From NCBI GenBank assembly GCA_029564175.1, contig JAKQQL010000234.1:1-50269 (forward strand): a DNA stretch of 50,269 bases. Reading direction: 5' to 3'. The notes below the pieces were generated by a model. The model had not been told where the DNA came from. It saw only the letters and a list, made by a program, of their open reading frames with translations, and did no database searches. The position numbers were made by a program, and so were the translations under genes. This document shows, piece by piece, positions 27,319 to 35,324 of this stretch (within the stretch, counting starts at the first letter, position 1; each line of letters opens with the position of its first letter). The stretch comes from Candidatus Cloacimonadota bacterium (GTDB taxonomy: Bacteria > Cloacimonadota > Cloacimonadia > Cloacimonadales > WRIO01).

Positions 27319-29625
27319 ATGAAAAAAATAATTGTTTTAATTTTTATTGTATATCTGTCTCATTGCTATGCGCTTCATAGTAAAAAAGATTTGTATTTAG
27401 CTGAAAATATTAAGTTAATAGATATTGCTCTGAAGTTTAATGCTTCAGTGGATTCTTTAAGTTTTCTTCCAGCAAATTATCCCTTTATTGTTTTTTCTCC
27501 AGAATCAAAAGTGTTTTTAGTGAATGGGACCAGATCTGCAGAATTTGAAAAAATGGATGTAGAAAAAATCTTCCTATACCACAATATTGCATACAGAGAT
27601 TTTCCTTGGGGACAGTTATCTTCTCATACTCATTTTAATTATCATTATCAGAATCAAACACTGCCAGCTGTCTTTATCGATCCACTCAGATGGCAGCTTG
27701 AAAAGTCAGACACTCAGCAAAATCAGAATCTGTTTTTCTATATGATTGAACAACTGGGTCAACAAATGCTTCGAACTAAGTATAACGCTTATTATCAGGT
27801 TCCTTCACGACAATATCCCATACTGAATGAAGAAAACAGAGCAATGAAAACAATTGAAACAGACTTGCTGATAAAGGCATGGCAACTGCTTTTACAAGGA
27901 AACAAGGATGCGGTAAAGCCTGTTTTGGAACAGTTTTTTTCTTTACGCAGAGTCAGATGGACAAAAGATAGAAGTTATATAATGCCTTTTGAACAAAATG
28001 AAGAAATTCGTCTGGGTTATCCTGCTTTTCAGGCTTATTCAATATTAAACCATTTTCATACGTACATGGACAGCGTTGATGTTGAAGAAAAAAAATATCT
28101 GAAAAAACACTTTTCCAATGTAAATTCTATTGAATACATATATCATCTGATTAACAGCATCAATGATTCAAATGCTCAGTCTATCCATAAAATGACAGGG
28201 GATGCACTTAAACTAAGCGGTATGCTTCAGTTTTTGATTTATACTGAAATGGGTTGGAAGATTGATGATATGGGCAGACGTGATTTATGGTATTTACTTA
28301 ATGATAAAACAACGATTTCTGATTCATTGGAAAAAGCCTATGTAAAAGACATCACAGATTCATGGGAATACAAAGAAATACTAAAACAGGTCCGCGTGCA
28401 AAACATGTTGTACCAGGAGAATTATAATTTCTATTCTCAAATGTATCAGCAAAAAAAAGGGACAGAATTTATTCTCACTTATGATCATATCGTGGATGAA
28501 CTCATTCCTGCGAGTACAAAGAAGTTTGTTCTTGATGAAGGAAAACAGCAAGTCATTCCTCAAACAAGCAGATATGTTATGAAAAGCGCCTGGATTGATT
28601 TTTATTCTGAGAATAATAGCTATATTAAAACCATTACACCAAAGAATAGAAATTTGAAATGGAAAACAGCCGATGATTATGAGATTTGGATAGATCACTA
28701 TATTGTTGAGACCAGGGATTCATTAAATATCGAATATAATCACTTAGAGATTAAATCAAAAGATTTTAACTTAATAACCAATACGCCTGGAGATTTAGAA
28801 ATAAAAAACAATGTGGTAAATATTAAGATTGTCCCGCGAATTCGTTACCATGTTGACGAAGAATGGTGGGAGGGAATAGAAGAACTCAACTACAAGCTCA
28901 TACAAAGAGGTGTACCTGGTGATTGGTTTATCAATCAGGTAAATCATGAGAAGTTTAAGATTTATCTCAATATGAAAAGGCTTTTTACTTCCATGCCAGA
29001 ACACAGGGTAAAACGAGGAGAAGTGTCTCAGGACGCTTATATGAAAAATTTTGGAGTTGATCAGAAAGTTCAAAAAGGCATTGAGTTTATAAAACAATAT
29101 CAAGATGTTCTTGAGAAAGCCGAGAAGAAAAATGGTATTCACTATGAGATGATGATGGGTATTTTGGCAATAGAATCAGATTATGGCAATCCTCGATTTA
29201 AAGGCACATTTTACACCTTTCCTGCTTTAGTGTCTCAATACTTATTGTTGCCCAGAAGAGAACGATTTTCTATCAATGAGTTAGTGTCTCTCTATGAATA
29301 TTCAAAGAAAACAGAAAATGACCCTTATCATTTTGTTGGTTCTTATGCCGGCGCTGCAGGTTGGGGTCAATTTATCCCTTCTTCCATGAAAGCTTTTTTC
29401 CTTGATTCCAATAATGACTTTTCTGATATCGATATCTATTCGATTGAGGACAATATCGTCAGTATAGAGAACTATCTGTTTAAGAATGGTTTGTCTGCAA
29501 AAAATATCAGTCAATATGATTCCAGATACAAGGCTGTTTATTCCTATAATCATAGTGATTCATACGTAAAAGCAGTATTATATATTTATGATAAACTCAG
29601 AGAGTTACGAACAAATGCTAAATAA
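27319..29625 (+). CDS. MltB-family (SLT_2) lytic transglycosylase fused to a ~510-aa unknown N-terminal region
   Basis: C-terminal GILAIESDYG, GSYAGAAGWGQFIPSS, SIENYL, YSYNHSDSYV; signal peptide. Confidence 0.88.
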   Translation: MKKIIVLIFIVYLSHCYALHSKKDLYLAENIKLIDIALKFNASVDSLSFLPANYPFIVFSPESKVFLVNGTRSAEFEKMDVEKIFLYHNIAYRDFPWGQLSSHTHFNYHYQNQTLPAVFIDPLRWQLEKSDTQQNQNLFFYMIEQLGQQMLRTKYNAYYQVPSRQYPILNEENRAMKTIETDLLIKAWQLLLQGNKDAVKPVLEQFFSLRRVRWTKDRSYIMPFEQNEEIRLGYPAFQAYSILNHFHTYMDSVDVEEKKYLKKHFSNVNSIEYIYHLINSINDSNAQSIHKMTGDALKLSGMLQFLIYTEMGWKIDDMGRRDLWYLLNDKTTISDSLEKAYVKDITDSWEYKEILKQVRVQNMLYQENYNFYSQMYQQKKGTEFILTYDHIVDELIPASTKKFVLDEGKQQVIPQTSRYVMKSAWIDFYSENNSYIKTITPKNRNLKWKTADDYEIWIDHYIVETRDSLNIEYNHLEIKSKDFNLITNTPGDLEIKNNVVNIKIVPRIRYHVDEEWWEGIEELNYKLIQRGVPGDWFINQVNHEKFKIYLNMKRLFTSMPEHRVKRGEVSQDAYMKNFGVDQKVQKGIEFIKQYQDVLEKAEKKNGIHYEMMMGILAIESDYGNPRFKGTFYTFPALVSQYLLLPRRERFSINELVSLYEYSKKTENDPYHFVGSYAGAAGWGQFIPSSMKAFFLDSNNDFSDIDIYSIEDNIVSIENYLFKNGLSAKNISQYDSRYKAVYSYNHSDSYVKAVLYIYDKLRELRTNAK

Positions 29626-29641
29626 AATGGTTCTGCAAAAT

Positions 29642-29797
29642 GTAGAACGACTATCCTGGTCGTTTATCCGTACTACAAGGGTGTACCGCAAGCTACCAGC
29701 TTGTGAATCGTTGTACCGCAAGCTACCAGCTTGCGAAATATTCCGTACTAAAAGCGTTTCACATGTAGCAGTTTCTTACAACCAGAATACTTGTAAG
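29642..29797 (+). repeat. Composite REP/BIME-like palindrome cluster, copy 2
   Basis: GTAGAACGAC..GTCGTT, two GTACCGCAAGCTACCAGCTTG[CT]G units and degenerate flanks; reverse-complement homologue of 4199-4371. Confidence 0.9.
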
Positions 29798-29807
29798 GTG
29801 GTGAGCG

Positions 29808-31898
29808 ATGATGAGTAAAAAAGACTTACGATCACTTCCTGTTAAGTATCTCAGAGGTGTGGGTGAATTTAGAGCTACACTTCTGGCAGAAGCAGGGGTT
29901 GTCAGTATCAATGATTTGCTGGAATTTTTCCCGAAGACTTATATTGGTCAATCCTGGTCATGTGATATTACTGAAGATGATATTGATAAATACATTTCTT
30001 TTATTGCAGATATTGAAGAAGTCAGAGAACGCACTGCCCATTCAGGAAGTACTCAGTTTATTGTTACAGTAGATACAGGAGATGAATATGTCGATCTGAT
30101 CTGGTTTCAGTTTGGCAAGTGGATTACCCGTTCATTTAGAGAAGGTGGTAGAGTATGGGTTGCAGGAGTACTAACTTCATTCAATGGACGTTATCAGATC
30201 GTACATCCACAGTTTGAAGCAATGGATGAGCGTGAAGATCTAAATGATTTTTGGAAAAAGAGGAGTATTTTACCTGTTTATCCTGCTGTGGGTATCATTT
30301 CTCAAACTCAGATTCGTAATATGATATATAATGCCTTTTATCAGTACCATGAGGATATCGATGAAAGTCTCCCAGATGAGATCATCAGCCAATATCAATA
30401 TCAACCCAGAAAAATAGCGCTACAAAAAATACACTTTTGTGTTGAACCAGAGAAATATGAATTTTTAAAAGATCGCTTTGTATTTGAAGAATTGTTCTAT
30501 CAACAGCTGATGATGATTCAGAATAAGAATAAACGGGTAGCAACTGTAAAAACCAAACATTTTGAATTAAATAAAACCTATACGCATCAGTTACTTGCCA
30601 GTCTGCCATTTCAACTGACTGGTGCTCAGAAACGGGTCATAGAAGAGATTTTTTCAGATATGACTTCCGATAAACAGATGAGTCGGCTTTTACAAGGAGA
30701 TGTGGGATCAGGTAAAACAATTGTAACACTTTTTGCAATGTTGTTAGCAAAAGAGAATGGCTATCAGTCTGTACTGATGGCACCTACTGAAATTTTGGCA
30801 GAACAGCATTATCGCACTATTTCCAAGATGACAGCCATGATGCCTGATGTTAGGATTGGATTATTGACTGGTGGTGTCTCAAAAGCGAAAAAAGCGCTTA
30901 AATTACAGATTCTTGAAGGAGAAGTGGATATCGTTGTTGGCACCCATGCCTTGATTCAAAAAGACGTGGTCTTTAAAAATCTGGGTTTAATTGCAGTTGA
31001 TGAACAACATCGCTTTGGTGTTCAACAGAGAGCCGAACTTTCACTCAGACACGAACAACCTGATATGCTTTATCTTTCTGCGACGCCTATACCCAGATCT
31101 TTGGCGCTAACTATTTTTGGAGAATTGGATGTATCTATCTTAAATGAATTACCTCCAACCAGGAAACCAATCAAGACCAAATGGATTCATGAACATCAAA
31201 AAGCGAAAGCCTACCAAGAGATAGAAAAAGAAATTCTGGCAGGCAGACAGGTTTATATTGTTTGCCCACTGATAGAAGAATCTGAAAAAAGCGATTTGCT
31301 GGCAGCTGAAACACTCCTGACAGAATTACAACGTTTTTATTTTCCTGACTTTAAATCAGCTCTGCTACATGGAAAAATGAAAAACAAAGCCAAAGAAGAA
31401 ATTATGCAGTTATACCTCCGGAATGAGGTTCAGATTTTGGTTTCTACCACTGTGATTGAAGTCGGTATTGATGTACCCAATGCATCAGTGATGATGATTG
31501 AACATGCAGAACGCTTTGGCCTGGCTCAGTTGCATCAGCTAAGAGGGCGTGTGGGTCGAGGCGCTGACCAGTCGTTTTGTTATCTGGTTTCGTATCGAAC
31601 AACCGATATAGCTAAAGAGCGGCTCAAAACGATGGAAAAAAGTAATGATGGTTTTGTGATTGCCGAGAAAGACCTAGAGTTACGCGGACCAGGCGAATTT
31701 TTTGGAAAGAATCAGTCCGGCTTGCCTCCTTACAAGTTTGCTAATCTGGCTTTGCATCAGGATTGTCTGAGACGGGCAAGAGACTATGCTGACAATCTGT
31801 TGTTAGAAGATCCGGAACTCTCTGATGAAAAGCATCAGATTATCAGACAAATGTATGATTTATATTATGCGCATCAGGAGAAGATGATTGATTATTGA
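29808..31898 (+). CDS. recG: ATP-dependent DNA helicase RecG
   Basis: LQGDVGSGKT, MAPTEILAEQH, DEQHRFG, SATPIPR, QLHQLRGRVGR, DLELRGPG. Confidence 0.98.
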   Translation: MMSKKDLRSLPVKYLRGVGEFRATLLAEAGVVSINDLLEFFPKTYIGQSWSCDITEDDIDKYISFIADIEEVRERTAHSGSTQFIVTVDTGDEYVDLIWFQFGKWITRSFREGGRVWVAGVLTSFNGRYQIVHPQFEAMDEREDLNDFWKKRSILPVYPAVGIISQTQIRNMIYNAFYQYHEDIDESLPDEIISQYQYQPRKIALQKIHFCVEPEKYEFLKDRFVFEELFYQQLMMIQNKNKRVATVKTKHFELNKTYTHQLLASLPFQLTGAQKRVIEEIFSDMTSDKQMSRLLQGDVGSGKTIVTLFAMLLAKENGYQSVLMAPTEILAEQHYRTISKMTAMMPDVRIGLLTGGVSKAKKALKLQILEGEVDIVVGTHALIQKDVVFKNLGLIAVDEQHRFGVQQRAELSLRHEQPDMLYLSATPIPRSLALTIFGELDVSILNELPPTRKPIKTKWIHEHQKAKAYQEIEKEILAGRQVYIVCPLIEESEKSDLLAAETLLTELQRFYFPDFKSALLHGKMKNKAKEEIMQLYLRNEVQILVSTTVIEVGIDVPNASVMMIEHAERFGLAQLHQLRGRVGRGADQSFCYLVSYRTTDIAKERLKTMEKSNDGFVIAEKDLELRGPGEFFGKNQSGLPPYKFANLALHQDCLRRARDYADNLLLEDPELSDEKHQIIRQMYDLYYAHQEKMIDY

Positions 31899-31984
31899 GT
31901 TTTCTGAAAAAATATAAAAGCTAGAAACAGAACATACATTGATGTTGAGAATAGATTGTCTTTAAATCAAAACGATTATACTAT

Positions 31985-33262
31985 CTAATTCCAGAAACCC
32001 CAGAACCGCTTTCCTTCAATTATTAACCCTGATTCTTCATATTCTTTGATTTTATAGTATCTGTAACTGGTAAAGGAAGCGATTAATTCACAGAGGAAAG
32101 AGATCAAAAAAACAGAAATGATGCCCATAGATTTATAGACCAGAAATCCAAACAAAGGAGCGATCAGACCTCGAATACCGGTAATGCTGATATGGACACT
32201 CTGGTACATAGCTGAGTCTTCTTTACCGGCAAATGTTATTGAACCCATTGTCCAGGTAATATTCACACCTGCCATTGCAATCCCATAGATCAGGTAAGAC
32301 GCAAACACTAAAATGAGGGATATAAGAGGTGATTGAAACAGGATTGACAGAATAAATCCTAAAGGATATAAAGATAAAATTGCAAACACAATTGAACCAA
32401 AATGAAATATATTCTTTCTGTCATGTAGTTTTCCAAAAAATGGAGATAACAATAAAACCCCAACCTGAGCAAGTATTCCTTTGGCGATGAATGTGGACGT
32501 ATAGTTCATATTCAGATGCTCTACCAGATATATTGGAATGATTGGTATCACCATTAAAAAACCTAAACCATAAAGAGAAAAATTTCTTTCAAACTGAGCA
32601 AAATCTTTGTTTGATTTTAAAAGTTGAAATGTTCGTGAGACTGGACTGATGAAAAGTTCTTTGAGGCTTATTTTTGTGTCCGTATGACGATCAGATGAAT
32701 TGATTTTTACAAAAGAAAGAATAAGAGAGCTCAGGCATCCGCTAATACCTGTAAAGAATAATATCCATCTGAACATATCTTCATTTGTATCAAGCAGTTT
32801 GCCGGCAATAAAAGTGATAATCATACTTAGAAAGGTGCCTGTACTGACTGAATAACCAAACAATTTTCCTCGATTTTGTTTTTCTATATTATTTTGATAA
32901 ATTGAATTCGTTGCCGGAATCAATAAGGAACTGAAAAAATAGACAAGCGTTAAAAGTAATAAAAATTCAGTCATGTTATTGACCCATAGCCCAAAGACGA
33001 GGATTAGCCGGCCCAGAAAGGCAACAATTACAAAATATTTCGCTTTATTTTTTGCATTTTCTAATATTTTTCCCCACCAGATAGAAAAAAAATTAGAAAC
33101 CGGCCAAATCATGGTAAGAAGGGTGAGCTGCCAGTCTAAACTATGTAAAGCCTTTTTGGCAATAATATCCTGAATAGAGGATAAGCAGGTTACTAATCCT
33201 GCCAGGAAAGTGGAAATCATCAGAATGATAAATGTTTTCTTTTCGGTTTGATTTAAATTCAT
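31985..33262 (-). CDS. MFS transporter
   Basis: About 12 TM segments; GKILE/GKLHDR motif-A-like loops; RGKLFG. Confidence 0.88.
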   Translation of the reverse strand: MNLNQTEKKTFIILMISTFLAGLVTCLSSIQDIIAKKALHSLDWQLTLLTMIWPVSNFFSIWWGKILENAKNKAKYFVIVAFLGRLILVFGLWVNNMTEFLLLLTLVYFFSSLLIPATNSIYQNNIEKQNRGKLFGYSVSTGTFLSMIITFIAGKLLDTNEDMFRWILFFTGISGCLSSLILSFVKINSSDRHTDTKISLKELFISPVSRTFQLLKSNKDFAQFERNFSLYGLGFLMVIPIIPIYLVEHLNMNYTSTFIAKGILAQVGVLLLSPFFGKLHDRKNIFHFGSIVFAILSLYPLGFILSILFQSPLISLILVFASYLIYGIAMAGVNITWTMGSITFAGKEDSAMYQSVHISITGIRGLIAPLFGFLVYKSMGIISVFLISFLCELIASFTSYRYYKIKEYEESGLIIEGKRFWGFWN

Positions 33263-33505
33263 CGTTATTCCTTAGCAATATGATGGGTGTCATTATTAGT
33301 ATAAGACTTTTACTAAGTTTTCATTGTAATTTAGAATGTATTATGTCAAGAGAAATCGAAAAAAACTGATAAAATCAAGCACTTCTAAAAAGTTTTTATG
33401 TTACCAGCATTATGATTACATGAAAAAATGAATAATATTTATTTTTCTTGACTGATTGAAGTATAAAATAATTATTGAATACAATTCAAAAAAAGGAGTG
33501 TTAAT

Positions 33506-34879
33506 ATGATGAGAAAGACGATGATTGTGGTCAGCTTAATTACCTGTGTATGCTCTTTATTTGCCGGCGGATTTGCTTTAACAGGTGTTGGCTCTCGTGC
33601 AACTTCAATGGGAGGTGCTATCAGAGGTATGGCTGATGATGGGTCAGCTATGTATTGGAATCCTGCTGGATTAGGGTTTCTAGATTTTAATTCCTATGAT
33701 CTGGGTGCTACTCTTATTTTACCTTCAAGCAAGTGGGATAATAATGGTACTATGACAACTGGCGAAACAGTGATTGCCGGTTATGAACATAAAGAATATG
33801 AATCAAAAAGTATTTTAAGAGGTTTTCCTTCAGCATCTGTCGTCCTGGCTAAAAATCCAAAATATAAATTTGGACTGGGTATTTTTGTCCCTTATGGCTT
33901 AGGCGCTACCTGGGATGCCTATCAGTCTCCAACATCAATGCAGATGGGTTCTGTTACACTTCCTGTTTCGTATGAAAGTGGATTTCCAAAAGAAGAACTG
34001 ATGAGTTCATTAGCGATTGTAGATATTCATCCTACATTTGCATATCAAATCAATTCAGATTTATCAGCTGGTCTTGGAATGAGTATCTTTTATAGTACCA
34101 TTCAGCTAAAAACGATTGATTTTAAGCCTAATCCAGCAGCACCAACTGATCAATCTTATCAGTTCGCACCCATAACAACTGACTTACAAGGTGAGGGATT
34201 AGGATTCGGTTTTAATTTTGGTTTGTTGTACAAAGCAACTGATCTTATCTCCTTAGGAATTTCAGGGAAAACACCTTCTACCGTATCTCTGGAAGGGGAT
34301 GCAGAAGTATTGCTATGGGTACCTCAAGTTGCAACTCAGGCATCAGCAAAATTAGGTGGAAAATCTGATATTACTGCTGATTTGAATTTACCCGGTGATA
34401 TTGGCGTCGGTATTTCTTATAAAGTGAAACCTAACTGGGTTGTAAACTTAGATTATGCCTATACCATGTGGGAAACCCTTGAAACAGTGAAAGTAAAAAT
34501 GGATGATCCGATTGTGATTACACCTGCGTTGAGTGTTTCAGAAAGTCAGATTAATTTCTTATGGGAAGATACACACCGAATCAGTGTGGGTACTGAACTC
34601 GCATTAGAACAAAATTCTTATCGTTGCGGATTTTTCTGGGATCAGTCTCCAATTCCTGAAGATACATTCTCTCCTACATTCCCTGATATTAATAATAAAA
34701 TCAGTTCAAACTTTGGTTTTGGTCATCATTTTGGCAACTGGACACTTGATATGAACCTGCAGTATATCATCTTTTCAGAACGAGAGATTAAAACACAGAA
34801 TTATACGAACAACAATAAAAATGGTGTTTATAATGCTAACTCAATTTCAGGAAATATTGGACTTACAGTAAAACTGTAA
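33506..34879 (+). CDS. OmpP1/FadL/TodX family outer-membrane transporter
   Basis: LFA-GGF signal cleavage, GSRATSMGGA, YWNPAGL, PYGL, beta-barrel C-terminus. Confidence 0.92.
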   Translation: MMRKTMIVVSLITCVCSLFAGGFALTGVGSRATSMGGAIRGMADDGSAMYWNPAGLGFLDFNSYDLGATLILPSSKWDNNGTMTTGETVIAGYEHKEYESKSILRGFPSASVVLAKNPKYKFGLGIFVPYGLGATWDAYQSPTSMQMGSVTLPVSYESGFPKEELMSSLAIVDIHPTFAYQINSDLSAGLGMSIFYSTIQLKTIDFKPNPAAPTDQSYQFAPITTDLQGEGLGFGFNFGLLYKATDLISLGISGKTPSTVSLEGDAEVLLWVPQVATQASAKLGGKSDITADLNLPGDIGVGISYKVKPNWVVNLDYAYTMWETLETVKVKMDDPIVITPALSVSESQINFLWEDTHRISVGTELALEQNSYRCGFFWDQSPIPEDTFSPTFPDINNKISSNFGFGHHFGNWTLDMNLQYIIFSEREIKTQNYTNNNKNGVYNANSISGNIGLTVKL

Positions 34880-34901
34880 TCAAATAACTTACAGAATTAA
34901 C

Positions 34902-34931
34902 AGAGCGCAGAGATTTCTGCGCTTTTGTTTT
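34902..34931 (+). terminator. Intrinsic terminator after the fadL-like gene
   Basis: AGAGCGCAGA-GATT-TCTGCGCTTT + T tail. Confidence 0.85.
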
Positions 34932-35259
34932 ATAAGAATGAATAAGGCTGTGAAACAGATCGTAACAGGACAGGCGTAAAAACCTGCCCTTATAGTTTTA
35001 TAAAATCCAATTGCAATGACTCACACAAAGCGCTCAAGATAAAGAATGATTAAAGCAGTTTTCTACAGGATAGAATAAGGAAACAATAAGGATAGAATAA
35101 GAAAAGAACTGAAAAATGATATAAAAAAATTAGGAGAAAAGATGAACAAAAAAAAAGATTCGAATGGTTCAGCCTGATTGCAAAGTTAAGTAAAAGTAAT
35201 ATTATTATAAACTCAGAGATAATAAAAACTTGATTTTTTTAGAATAGAATAAAAAAACA

Positions 35260-35288
35260 TTGACAGATTTAGTAAAATAATTTAAGAT
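35260..35288 (+). promoter_or_regulatory. Probable sigma70 promoter
   Basis: TTGACA-17 nt-TAAGAT upstream of 35325. Confidence 0.65.
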
Positions 35289-35324
35289 AATTTAGTTTTT
35301 ATAATAAGATTGAGGTATCAATAA

